Below, one piece after another: positions 35,436-45,771 of a stretch of 64,000 nucleotides of DNA. The stretch comes from a virus (Duplodnaviria > Caudoviricetes). The notes below the pieces were generated by a model that was given only the letters and a program-made list of their open reading frames with translations, had not been told where the DNA came from and did no database searches. Location of the stretch: the IMG/VR virus record IMGVR_UViG_3300007512_001664, positions 64,001-128,000 of that record; one strand, 5' to 3'. Position 1 is the stretch's first letter. Each line of letters starts with the position of its first letter. The translations under genes were made by a program, and so were the position numbers.

Positions 35436-36488
35436 TTAGAACATCCTTACACCAGAAAACGATGAACCTTTACCGATCTTTGGAGCATTAACGCCGGTTT
35501 TTCCGGTACTGCCAAACTTTATAAGAACCACATCATCGTTTGAAACTTCTTCGACGAGACTAAAATCATATATATATGTGGTACCTATCCTATTAGTCCG
35601 ATACCCTTTACGTACTTCAGTACCATTAATATATACTGTAATAGGAATAGAGTCAGCACTAGTACCGGCGTTTGCATATATTATCTCTATATACACATCA
35701 AAAGATATTGTACTTGTTAAAAATTGCGTTGCAGAAGGGTATGTCATTTTAAATGGATTCTGAACTATAGTTCCAATAGCTGGATCAATAGTAGTTCTAT
35801 TAAAGGCTAGATTTCCGCTAGCTGGTATTGTTATATCATTCCCTGTAACTGATACTTTAAAGTTTACAGAGTCAACTGTTGACGATGTTGTATCTAATAA
35901 TCTAGGTGGTATTGTGACAATATCTGTATCTGTTCCATCACTTCGAACTTCAAGGTCTGCTGGTATGCCGTCATACCATTCATGGTCATTCCTTTGATTG
36001 GAGTCACCAGCAGATGCCCATGATTTCACTTTGTATAAGCGTAATTTTGCCCCGGCTTTTAAAGTAACTTTTTGTTCGGTTTCTAATAGGGCTGTAATTT
36101 GACCTATTCTAGCTAATATGTTTTGTATGTCACTTCGGTTCCGGGCTACATTACCTGAAATATCTTGTAATGTTGTATACGCATTATAATTGCGTACACT
36201 TAGATCAATGGTACCTTGTAAGTCTGAATATGTAGGTTTATGATCTGTATCTGTATCTGATCTTAATATATTGAACCCACCAACTGAGAAAAATTGTTTA
36301 TTACCGGTGTTATCTCCGCGACCGGATATTAAATGATAAAAACTAATATTATCAAGACCGATGACAAAATCTCTAAAGTTTAATAGCTTAGTACCGTTGG
36401 TTGTTTCAACAAGCAACTTATCTGTTTTTAATATTTCCGTCCCGATATCTAAATCAGATATATTTACAATTTCGTCTTCTATAGCCAT
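35436..36488 (-). CDS. virion structural protein (tail/fiber-associated)
   Basis: N-terminal IVNISDLDIGTEILKTDKLLV fiber-attachment-like start; TAAATA 5 nt upstream. Confidence 0.5.
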   Translation of the reverse strand: MAIEDEIVNISDLDIGTEILKTDKLLVETTNGTKLLNFRDFVIGLDNISFYHLISGRGDNTGNKQFFSVGGFNILRSDTDTDHKPTYSDLQGTIDLSVRNYNAYTTLQDISGNVARNRSDIQNILARIGQITALLETEQKVTLKAGAKLRLYKVKSWASAGDSNQRNDHEWYDGIPADLEVRSDGTDTDIVTIPPRLLDTTSSTVDSVNFKVSVTGNDITIPASGNLAFNRTTIDPAIGTIVQNPFKMTYPSATQFLTSTISFDVYIEIIYANAGTSADSIPITVYINGTEVRKGYRTNRIGTTYIYDFSLVEEVSNDDVVLIKFGSTGKTGVNAPKIGKGSSFSGVRMF

Positions 36489-36503
36489 ATAATTATTTAG
36501 TCG

Positions 36504-37622
36504 TTAATAATCTACAAACGCAGTAATTGTACTTATTCCAGTTGATATAGTACTACAGCTTTGTGGATCAAACACATCTACCATGAAATAACCACCAATA
36601 GGTAATTGCGAAACAGATACACCTGTACCTACGTTAGTAAAATAGAAGTATTGTGCGTCTGCTAATGATGATCTTGTTCCTGTAATATCTAATAATGGTA
36701 CTGATATTACCTTTTCAGTTAGACTAATATCCTTAATAAAGTCTCCAGGGTTCCAGTTTATATAACCAGTCAAATGCATAAACGCTGAATTAGCAGTAAG
36801 AGGCACATATGCAGTATCTCCCGCTGCTAGTGATTGACCTGGCATGTATATATTCCCAGTGTCGGGATGTGCAGCACGAGTTCTATATTTCAGAGTAATA
36901 TTATCATTATCTTTTGGTTTTTTAGTAACTGGATTATAGACATCGTTAACTCTTACTATAATAGAATCTCCAGTATTAGATTCATTAGCATCTATTTGTA
37001 AGTATTCAGTTGTAAATCCAACGTTAAATGACTCAGAGCTAATAGTTTGACTATACGCCAATGCTGGATCAAATTCACTCCTTGCTACAGCGTTAATATC
37101 AATTAAATTCAATCCTAATACTTCAGGATTCTTATTAACAAATGTTAATAATAGTTTTTCATCTGTAGTATCTTTATTATTAAAATAATCTGTTTTAATT
37201 AAATTTATATCTTCAAATGTTTCAATACCAGGTTGATTCATTGTGAATTGAATATCAATCATGTCAACTTCGAGATCGTCTCTGTATAAAGTTAAATATA
37301 CATTTTTTGTTGAACTATCAACCGGTTCAGTTTCAATAACTTTAGTAAATGTAGTTGTAGATATTGGTGGTATTGAAGTTGTTGTTATTGGTCTGTTTAT
37401 TATTAATTCATCAGATCCATCCTGTTCAAAATCAACAATTATTTTATTAAGTTTTCTAGTTGCATGGTCGTCATATGCTGATAAACAAGACAAGGAAAAT
37501 GTTACATTAGTGGTACCAGTAAGCGAGACAGAAAACGTAGATACCGTACTAGTAGCAGTTGGAGTTCCATGCTTATGACCGCTGGAATTTCCTCCTGTTA
37601 CATTATATGTATACGTATTCAT
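36504..37622 (-). CDS. virion structural protein, Thr/Ser-rich
   Basis: Position in the module and beta-rich composition. Confidence 0.5.
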   Translation of the reverse strand: MNTYTYNVTGGNSSGHKHGTPTATSTVSTFSVSLTGTTNVTFSLSCLSAYDDHATRKLNKIIVDFEQDGSDELIINRPITTTSIPPISTTTFTKVIETEPVDSSTKNVYLTLYRDDLEVDMIDIQFTMNQPGIETFEDINLIKTDYFNNKDTTDEKLLLTFVNKNPEVLGLNLIDINAVARSEFDPALAYSQTISSESFNVGFTTEYLQIDANESNTGDSIIVRVNDVYNPVTKKPKDNDNITLKYRTRAAHPDTGNIYMPGQSLAAGDTAYVPLTANSAFMHLTGYINWNPGDFIKDISLTEKVISVPLLDITGTRSSLADAQYFYFTNVGTGVSVSQLPIGGYFMVDVFDPQSCSTISTGISTITAFVDY

Positions 37623-37640
37623 ATTATTCTATTTCTATGT

Positions 37641-40600
37641 TCATCCTTTCTCTTCGACACTTTCGCTCAAGGCGTTGTGAAGGCTGTCGTCGGCATCGCC
37701 CATAATTTTTTTATTTCGGCCTTCTTCGTCATGACGCCACTCCCAAGCTTCTTTATTCGTCCATGTTTTGCCAGTACTATGATCTTTATAGGCATATTTA
37801 TTATCTCTTTCTGGTGAACCATCACCTGCATGCCACATTGCTGCACCATGACCACCTGGCTGGCTAGCCTCCATTGCATGTTTTAAATAGTTACCGCGCA
37901 CAATGTAACAACCCTCAGGATCACATGATATTGTTATATCTTTACCAGCAGCATTCTTCTTAGTGACACAGTTTCTTCCCTGGTTCCAGATGATATTACC
38001 ATTCCAATTCCTATCTCCCCATTTGCGGAAATACGTTATACCGTCCGGAAAATTCTTTTTAACTTCTTCCTTGAGACCTACTAGAGAGTCTAGATTGTCC
38101 CGGGAATAATATTCAACTCTTCCAAATAATTGACCCCATTTATGACGGGTATATTCATGTTCATATGTTTCATACACTGTCCGGTCATTATCACCGGTTG
38201 GTTCGCTTAAATTAGATTTATACCCTATATAATCATGACAAGCTTGTGGTGTATCACCCACGCATAGGTTATTATATTCCTGAAGCAGGGCGTCAATTTG
38301 GTCCCACGTTTTAACCCAGCAATGACCTATTTTCCGTATAGGTTCAATTACCACAGGTTCGCCCTCATCACCCGATGTAGCTTCCTTACACGCACCAGCA
38401 GCTGTAGCTTGTTCAGCAGTAAGCCATACAGCTATTTTAACCCAGTCTTGACCTAACGCCTTACCCACTGGCTTATGTGAAACGGTAGCTTTATAATGTG
38501 TAAGTGCGAAGTTTCTAGGATTTATAAACTTAACATCATTTACAAGAATAGGTTGACTACTGTAACCTGTTTGTTTAGGATCTACTATATACGTGGTCGT
38601 TATATTTTGTGTAGTTTTCTCTTCACTACCAGCGGCTGTTTCCCACTGAATTAAATAACTTATTCCGTCTATCTCATATTCTCTAATCATGTCGTTAACG
38701 GCAGGATTATATGCATTGGAATTTAATTGACTCTTCGAAATTCTATTCCAACCTAGAATATACTGAGTCCTTCCGCTACCTTTTCTTTGACCTTCTGTAT
38801 CACCTTCCGTATCGAATATAGGCTCGAACCAACCAGCACATTCTTCGGGAGGTCGCAGTTTTGGTGGGTCGACTATTACTGGGTTTGGATCACCGGGAGG
38901 ACCAGGTATATCGTTTCTCCTTGTGTTAACAGCTGTCCACTTAGCTTCAATCTCAGTAGTTTTCCATTCCGGGACCGAGCATAAATCAATCCTGTCGAGC
39001 AGTTTTTCTCGTTTTATTAACATTGTAATATCGATAGGATCCGGGGTAGGAATAGTAACTAAATCTCTCCTTAAATTAGCAGACGATTCTTCTAGATATT
39101 CTACAGTAGTTATATTGTCTATTTTTTCTATTGCTTTAGTTGGGCGACCCATTCTTACACCTGTTACTTTAAATGAATGTAATTCGAAGTGACTACTAAA
39201 ATTCGATGTTGTAAATGATAGACCTACGTTAAGAGGGGCAGGTTCAAGTTTACCTGATTGATATGTACCACTATTACTAACATCAACTGGAGCTGTACTA
39301 CCTACACCAACTCCTGGTGCATATGTAGTACCAATACCAACAGCTGTAGTACCAATACCAATGCTGGGCAAAGCTTCAGGAGTATCAATACCAACGGACC
39401 ATGGCTGATAATATGATCCTTTATTATCTTTTACGCTATTTAAGTCAAACTCCATTATTGTATTGTAGTCTGTAGCGCTTGTAAGTTTATTATATATCGT
39501 GACTCGATTACCTTTATTAGTGAGATCAATTCTATAGTCTTGAAAATCAACATCAGACCCTGTAGCGTTAGCTGATTGCTGGTGCATGGAAACTGCGCTA
39601 GCAGCTACTGTTGATATTGACATACACGTTAATACCCTTGTAAAGGAATCTCTATTACCTCGAATACCTACTGAGCTTGGAGCTGTCTTATTAGTATGAT
39701 TGCCAGACCATTTTCCATGGCTCCATGTACCGGCTCCTCCACCAGCGGATAACCAGCCTTCTTTGCCATCAGCAGTAGTACAAAAATCTCCTCTAATATC
39801 AAACCCTACTCCTAAAAAACAATCAGCTGGTGCACCATAATTAGCACCATACATATTAGAATTATTAACAATTAAGCCTTCAACATTACCTGCGCTTAAC
39901 GGTATTCTACCAGAAGAAGCATTTTCTTCAATTTCGGTTGCCAAGGTAGATGCTTTTGCGTAACCTAATGTACTACCTACTCCCATTGGTTCAACAATAC
40001 CATTAGTAGGATTCCTATAAAAATATGCGCAAAAACCTTCACCGAACCCTGTTAGTCCACCGTTCGCAGTAGTAGCTATATCTATATATCTAGACGGGTG
40101 ACTATCAGAATTATTGGATTGAAGTGACCTATAAGCAGTCATTGTAGGAACCTGAAATGACTTTGCTGTAAAATCTACACGTATATCATAATTAGAATCA
40201 AATGCTGCGTATTTAGGGTTATACGTAATATAGCCTCCAGAATATTGAAATACAGATTGTTTAGTTGCAGTTAGACAAGTTTTTTCACTACTACCTGCAC
40301 CTGTACCTTTACGACAATAAGCCATTAAATTAAAACCTAAGCTATCGTTATAATCGACATGTGTCGGTGTAAGAGAATAATCCGTAACTCTCTCTTGATA
40401 AGCAGTGTCAATCTCTTCGTTCCATCTAAGTGGATTACCACCTATAATAAGATCAGAATTTAAATAACCACTTTTAAATGTAAATCGGTTGGTGCCCAAT
40501 TTGTCATTAGGTAAAAATGCTTCTGTATCTAATAAATAAAAATCAGTATCTATATATTGAAAAATATAATTTAATATTCCAAAACCATCAGCTCTTGCCG

Positions 40601-40943
40601 TGTATCTACCTATACATGTAACTGAATATCTATCAGATGTTTTATTATAATTTATAAGTGGTTTTGTAATAGAATTAAAATTCGTATCATCACCGTAATA
40701 GTTTTTCGGGAGTAAATCAAATAAATCACTCCTATTATCATCTTTAAATGTATCGAGATTTTTAGGATATATTACTGATTGATAATTTGTGTTTTTATCA
40801 ATTTTATATACTATAGGTAATGCACCATAAACTATATCAGTTGATCCTTGACATCTTTGACCAGAAATGGAGCTAACTTTGCACACAAACATTTCTCTTG
40901 TTTGGTCATTATAAAAAACGTCTGATTGTTTTGTTGTGAACAT
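37641..40943 (-). CDS. large virion protein with L-type (legume) lectin-like domain; candidate receptor-binding protein
   Basis: GEGFCAYF, GSTLGY, FLGVGFDIRGDF, SVGIRG, QDYRIDL, LNVGLSFTTS match the ConA-like lectin pattern; GIGTT repeats; TAAATA 6 nt upstream. Confidence 0.6.
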   Translation of the reverse strand: MFTTKQSDVFYNDQTREMFVCKVSSISGQRCQGSTDIVYGALPIVYKIDKNTNYQSVIYPKNLDTFKDDNRSDLFDLLPKNYYGDDTNFNSITKPLINYNKTSDRYSVTCIGRYTARADGFGILNYIFQYIDTDFYLLDTEAFLPNDKLGTNRFTFKSGYLNSDLIIGGNPLRWNEEIDTAYQERVTDYSLTPTHVDYNDSLGFNLMAYCRKGTGAGSSEKTCLTATKQSVFQYSGGYITYNPKYAAFDSNYDIRVDFTAKSFQVPTMTAYRSLQSNNSDSHPSRYIDIATTANGGLTGFGEGFCAYFYRNPTNGIVEPMGVGSTLGYAKASTLATEIEENASSGRIPLSAGNVEGLIVNNSNMYGANYGAPADCFLGVGFDIRGDFCTTADGKEGWLSAGGGAGTWSHGKWSGNHTNKTAPSSVGIRGNRDSFTRVLTCMSISTVAASAVSMHQQSANATGSDVDFQDYRIDLTNKGNRVTIYNKLTSATDYNTIMEFDLNSVKDNKGSYYQPWSVGIDTPEALPSIGIGTTAVGIGTTYAPGVGVGSTAPVDVSNSGTYQSGKLEPAPLNVGLSFTTSNFSSHFELHSFKVTGVRMGRPTKAIEKIDNITTVEYLEESSANLRRDLVTIPTPDPIDITMLIKREKLLDRIDLCSVPEWKTTEIEAKWTAVNTRRNDIPGPPGDPNPVIVDPPKLRPPEECAGWFEPIFDTEGDTEGQRKGSGRTQYILGWNRISKSQLNSNAYNPAVNDMIREYEIDGISYLIQWETAAGSEEKTTQNITTTYIVDPKQTGYSSQPILVNDVKFINPRNFALTHYKATVSHKPVGKALGQDWVKIAVWLTAEQATAAGACKEATSGDEGEPVVIEPIRKIGHCWVKTWDQIDALLQEYNNLCVGDTPQACHDYIGYKSNLSEPTGDNDRTVYETYEHEYTRHKWGQLFGRVEYYSRDNLDSLVGLKEEVKKNFPDGITYFRKWGDRNWNGNIIWNQGRNCVTKKNAAGKDITISCDPEGCYIVRGNYLKHAMEASQPGGHGAAMWHAGDGSPERDNKYAYKDHSTGKTWTNKEAWEWRHDEEGRNKKIMGDADDSLHNALSESVEEKG

Positions 40944-40960
40944 TTAAATTATTTACTATG

Positions 40961-43294
40961 TTATGAGCTCAAAACTAGAGTTTTGGAGCTTGCAGCGACT
41001 TTAAATATTTTATCTTCAAATTTATATCTCTCAGAAACTGTTTCTGCTGATGTTTGTATGTATATTGTGTCCTCTACAAGATCAAAATCTATAATATTAC
41101 TTGTTGATAATATGTTAGATTTTGTGTTACCCGTCGACGAACCATCTGTCCAGCCATCTGTATGCTTATTAAACACATTTACAAAGGCTGTTGATAATGG
41201 TTCAACTAATTGTGTTGCTACATTTCTTATATAAATCTCACCAGCTTTTACATATTGTTGATCAAATAATTGTATAGATGTAGAAGCAAAATTATTAAGG
41301 GATGTACTTTCAAATACAGTATTATTACTTGTATATATAGACGTTGTATCTATTGTATAATACGGTACTGTTGTTTCTGGGAAATATGTTGATACTAAAT
41401 CTGTACCAGTACCAGGATGATCTATGAACGATCCACAGTCAATACCAGATGCAGCTGAAACAGCATTACAAGATAGAACATTGGTAAAAATTGTATCACA
41501 TGTCTCAGCATGGAACGGTGCATTAAAATTATCTCTCGCACCGTTTGTACAACTAGTTCGACCTAGTAGATCAGCAGTACCATCATTTGCTAGTACAAAC
41601 GTATCATACATTCCTGTTATACTAGAATACAATGTACCGGTTGCGCGGTAATATGAAGCAGATATCGCTTGTAGCATTGTATCAAAAAATAAACCATCAT
41701 AATATTCAGCTGATGTAACACAAGGTGATGTAGTAGCAGCTGGTCTATCTACATTTGCACCATCTGCTTTTCGTTTTGGATATAAAGATTTTACAAAATA
41801 GAATTCATTACCATAAATATCACTTCTTACTTTTACTCCTGTTTTATTATAAATTAATAAATCATCTAATCTAGTTGATTCAGGATATACATTTAAATCT
41901 TCTATTGGGTATGTATCTTCGTTTAACCATGTAACATGGGTTGCGTCATCATTCCAAAAACTTATTACGTCTTCTTTTTTATTAATACCTGTGAACGAAT
42001 AATCTAAACTGTTTTCTTTACTTTGATATCCGTAGTTACGTAATAGTTTATTGTTATATATGTTTACACCAGACCTAAGATTATCATTTTTAAATTGAGC
42101 GTTTTTAGCTTTATATTTAAAAGGTGGTTTTCTTTTTCTATATATGTTTTTAACTACTTCTCCTGTTCTACTGTTTCTAATATCCCCGACGCATTTAACA
42201 CCTGATTCGAATTTATCTGGATCAGGTATAATGTATTCAGAACCACGTAGACTTGATAACTCTATTGAATAAGTTAAATTGCTTGAGTGAAATACGGTTA
42301 CACCAGTATTAAAGAAAGATAATTGCTGAGGATATATTTCATTATGTTTTATGTTAATTAATTTTTTAAATAAATTCGGGCTATATCTTTGAGAGAGGTT
42401 ATTTGTTGAATTAGAATGTTCAAATAATTTATTCACCTCTTTAGCTATACTGTTTATATAGTATAGGTCATTAGAGATATATTTTTGAATTAAATCTCGT
42501 TCAAGGATAAATTTTAAATTCTTTAATGTTTTTTCTTCATCTTTAAAATACCTAACCGGTAATCTTTCAAAATTTGAAAATGGTTGATTTATACCGAGTA
42601 TACTATTAGGCGCAGATATGTTATTTATTCTAACTTTTAAAGGTGTCTGGTCTTTATTAACCGTTAATACTTGACTAATATTAGGTACTTCTTCGAGAAT
42701 CTTTTGTGATATATTTAAAACGAGGTTTTTATCTACTTTATGAAAATTATATACAAACTCGTCTGATGCATATGTGTTTAAATTAACATTAAAATTATTT
42801 GCGATTTTTGGTATGTTTATATCACCGACCAATGTATTAGTACCTTCAGTGATAAATGTTTTATCGTTGAGCAGCCGTATAATGAAGTTTTTAAGATAAT
42901 TTGTTATTCCGACTTTTGAAGATTTAAGTTTGTTTTTTGTTTTAGTAAATTTTAAATCTTCTCTTAAGTCTCGAACATGTTTTAATTGATCTTTTATTAT
43001 TTCAGAATAATAATGTACTGCTAGTTCTAATTCATAAATGTTATTAGTTTTAATTCGGTCAAGAAACCTTACAACATTATTATCTATTGTACTGAGGTTT
43101 ATATTTGTAAGAAATTGGGTATATATATTTCTTACATAAAGATCATCATCAGTGTCTCTTTTTAATTTTTCTGTTTTCCATTCAGTAAGGTAATTATTAT
43201 ATAGAGTAGGTAGCTCTGATGCATTAAAAGTTTCTTCATAATGCTTTTTCCACTCTTTATATGATAATGGATTATGTGTGTTTAATGATACCAT
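40961..43294 (-). CDS. large virion/baseplate-associated protein
   Basis: 777 aa, abuts the PKD gene in the baseplate operon. Confidence 0.5.
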   Translation of the reverse strand: MVSLNTHNPLSYKEWKKHYEETFNASELPTLYNNYLTEWKTEKLKRDTDDDLYVRNIYTQFLTNINLSTIDNNVVRFLDRIKTNNIYELELAVHYYSEIIKDQLKHVRDLREDLKFTKTKNKLKSSKVGITNYLKNFIIRLLNDKTFITEGTNTLVGDINIPKIANNFNVNLNTYASDEFVYNFHKVDKNLVLNISQKILEEVPNISQVLTVNKDQTPLKVRINNISAPNSILGINQPFSNFERLPVRYFKDEEKTLKNLKFILERDLIQKYISNDLYYINSIAKEVNKLFEHSNSTNNLSQRYSPNLFKKLINIKHNEIYPQQLSFFNTGVTVFHSSNLTYSIELSSLRGSEYIIPDPDKFESGVKCVGDIRNSRTGEVVKNIYRKRKPPFKYKAKNAQFKNDNLRSGVNIYNNKLLRNYGYQSKENSLDYSFTGINKKEDVISFWNDDATHVTWLNEDTYPIEDLNVYPESTRLDDLLIYNKTGVKVRSDIYGNEFYFVKSLYPKRKADGANVDRPAATTSPCVTSAEYYDGLFFDTMLQAISASYYRATGTLYSSITGMYDTFVLANDGTADLLGRTSCTNGARDNFNAPFHAETCDTIFTNVLSCNAVSAASGIDCGSFIDHPGTGTDLVSTYFPETTVPYYTIDTTSIYTSNNTVFESTSLNNFASTSIQLFDQQYVKAGEIYIRNVATQLVEPLSTAFVNVFNKHTDGWTDGSSTGNTKSNILSTSNIIDFDLVEDTIYIQTSAETVSERYKFEDKIFKVAASSKTLVLSS

Positions 43295-45771
43295 TATAAG
43301 TCTAGTCCTTTTCTAATTTGATAATCTAAATTCTTATATACTACCCCACCGATAGGATCCCACGATGCACTTAGAGATGAAACTGATCTTGCAACAGAAT
43401 TGTATTTGTTATTATAGTCTATAATATTGTTTTGTACATTTTCATTAGAAACAACACTATAGGATGTAAACGGATAAAAATCATACAATAAATCTAATCC
43501 AGAGGCGCCAGTAACAGTTGTATCTAGCGGCCAACCCCATGTACTATAACCACTTAAAGTAGATGCATTATATGTAGATAAGTAGTACGTAGATAAAACA
43601 GGGTTAGGATGTACTATTTCACCATCGGCACTTAAGTTTGGAATTTGTTGAGGGTTAATAAAAATAAATTCATTATTAAACCTCTGTCTTGCAACAAACG
43701 GCTTGTTAGCGGTTACTACGTACGTAGATGTAGTAATCTTATTATCAAAATCTATATTCCTTCTATCTGCAGATGATGTATAAAATCGAGTATCGAAACT
43801 TCTATTATACCGTTCATAATCACCTAATAATTTAGTAATCTTTACACTGAACAAATCATACATTCTTCTTAGTTCAGGCGGAGCATCTGGTAATGATGTA
43901 TCAATATCTTCATTAAGAAAATGATAAAAAGATTCAAGCGATTTAACATTACAGAAATCAACATCACTATTATTCATAGTAAAGTTTGCAATTTTTTCAA
44001 AAATCGTTTTACCAAATGTTGTCGGGCTTGAGCTTGCCTCACCTACAAATGATGTGAAAATCCCGTCAAATAGTTTATCGTATTCATGTTGTAAGGATTG
44101 AAATCTGTAACTTTTTAATATATTTGAATAATCTACATCTTCATTAACTTTATAAATCTCTACATCGTTAGTAGATGGAAACACAGTAAAGGTATAAGAA
44201 CCCATAATTAGACTATCTCCGCCTATTGCGGTTCCCGAGCTAGTCCCGATTGTTACTGGGCCTAATGGACCACTGGGATCGTAATCTACAGTTGTTCCTA
44301 ACGAAGTAAGACCAGCAGTTATAGAGTCAAATGAATCTAATCTTCCTGTTATATTCAACGTCCATGTTCCGGACTCAAGAGGAGTAATATTAAAATATGC
44401 ATAACTACTTAAAGCCGTCACTGTCCCGTCATACGGAAAATACTCTGTACATAAACTGCTAATGTTAGATGTTGAAGTAGTTGTACCATCTGTCCATTCA
44501 TAAGCCAATTGTCTGTCTTGAGGTGGGTTATTAGCTCCTGCTAGTAAGTAAAACGTATTATAAAATTTTGCAATGTTTAGTTTTTTATCAGCTAGAGCCA
44601 CGAATACTTGAAACGGATCCCCTTGACGTTTGTATTGTATACTGGACATCTCTTTCATTCCAGTTGATGTAAATGATAACCGCTGAGTAAACGGTGTTTG
44701 AATTTTTACTGGTATACCAATAGTAGTACCTACGTTTTTATTAATAGTAGATTTGTCTTTAATTATTGGACGAGCAACATCTGTTTCTAAAAAGTTTCGA
44801 CCACTATTATTAATATCTGTTTCTATATCATCTACATAAAAGTTTTTTACTCTGTGCTTACTTGTATCTAGTCGTATTAATAAATTTACTTGACTAGTTG
44901 GTATGTCATCGAGATATTGAAACTTAATAGGTTTACGAACCCGTGGTGCTGATTCACCAATGTATTCATCTGTGCTTGAATATAAAAGATGAGCATCAGT
45001 ATTTTCGCTAGATAAAGCTTGTTTTTTTGTACATTCTTTTATTGTATTGTTAGTACCTACATAAAAATAATGCGGGTGTAGTATTGATTGTAACCCGTTA
45101 ACATTATTAATTATATTATTATTTTCATCATAATAAGCATTAAACGGTACTATATGACCGTACTTATTATTAAAATCAAAAGGTTTTGCTATACTACCGC
45201 TTGATGTAAAAAAGAATGTTGCAGGCTCATCTGGATCTGGTACGTCTTGCCAAGCTGCAGTAGTCTCCATATTAAATGTTTTACGTTCACCGGCGAATAA
45301 AGCTCTAGCATTTGCTCCATCAGCGTCTGTTATATTTCGAGTTTCTATAGCAAGACTTGTATTTGCATAATTAAAAATTGATATTGTTTCTGTAAATGTC
45401 GATTTATACGCATTACTGTCTTTATCGTATAAGAAAACCGTAACTGTATAAATACCCGGTACATTATATGTATGTGTAGCCCTAAATGCATCTGTACCAC
45501 TTAATGTATACCCATCACCAAAATCCCATTTTGCTATACGGTTAGATACTTTACTGTGAAATAAATTTGAAATATCAAGTTTAGCTAAATGGTCAGCAGC
45601 AGACAGAACAGGCTCTACTGTGAATTTTGATATACGAGTAAATCCAGCATGAGATGCTTTTAGTGGATGACTGTCAACACTATCTGGATTAGTTCCAGAC
45701 GTATTAACAGTCACTGTAAACGGAACTGGTAATACTTTAGGGCAATTATTACTATCTGTCGACGTACTCAT
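43294..45771 (-). CDS. PKD-domain virion protein
   Basis: AKWDFGDGYTLSGTDAFRATHTYNVPGIYTVTV (WDFGDG PKD signature). Confidence 0.75.
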   Translation of the reverse strand: MSTSTDSNNCPKVLPVPFTVTVNTSGTNPDSVDSHPLKASHAGFTRISKFTVEPVLSAADHLAKLDISNLFHSKVSNRIAKWDFGDGYTLSGTDAFRATHTYNVPGIYTVTVFLYDKDSNAYKSTFTETISIFNYANTSLAIETRNITDADGANARALFAGERKTFNMETTAAWQDVPDPDEPATFFFTSSGSIAKPFDFNNKYGHIVPFNAYYDENNNIINNVNGLQSILHPHYFYVGTNNTIKECTKKQALSSENTDAHLLYSSTDEYIGESAPRVRKPIKFQYLDDIPTSQVNLLIRLDTSKHRVKNFYVDDIETDINNSGRNFLETDVARPIIKDKSTINKNVGTTIGIPVKIQTPFTQRLSFTSTGMKEMSSIQYKRQGDPFQVFVALADKKLNIAKFYNTFYLLAGANNPPQDRQLAYEWTDGTTTSTSNISSLCTEYFPYDGTVTALSSYAYFNITPLESGTWTLNITGRLDSFDSITAGLTSLGTTVDYDPSGPLGPVTIGTSSGTAIGGDSLIMGSYTFTVFPSTNDVEIYKVNEDVDYSNILKSYRFQSLQHEYDKLFDGIFTSFVGEASSSPTTFGKTIFEKIANFTMNNSDVDFCNVKSLESFYHFLNEDIDTSLPDAPPELRRMYDLFSVKITKLLGDYERYNRSFDTRFYTSSADRRNIDFDNKITTSTYVVTANKPFVARQRFNNEFIFINPQQIPNLSADGEIVHPNPVLSTYYLSTYNASTLSGYSTWGWPLDTTVTGASGLDLLYDFYPFTSYSVVSNENVQNNIIDYNNKYNSVARSVSSLSASWDPIGGVVYKNLDYQIRKGLDL

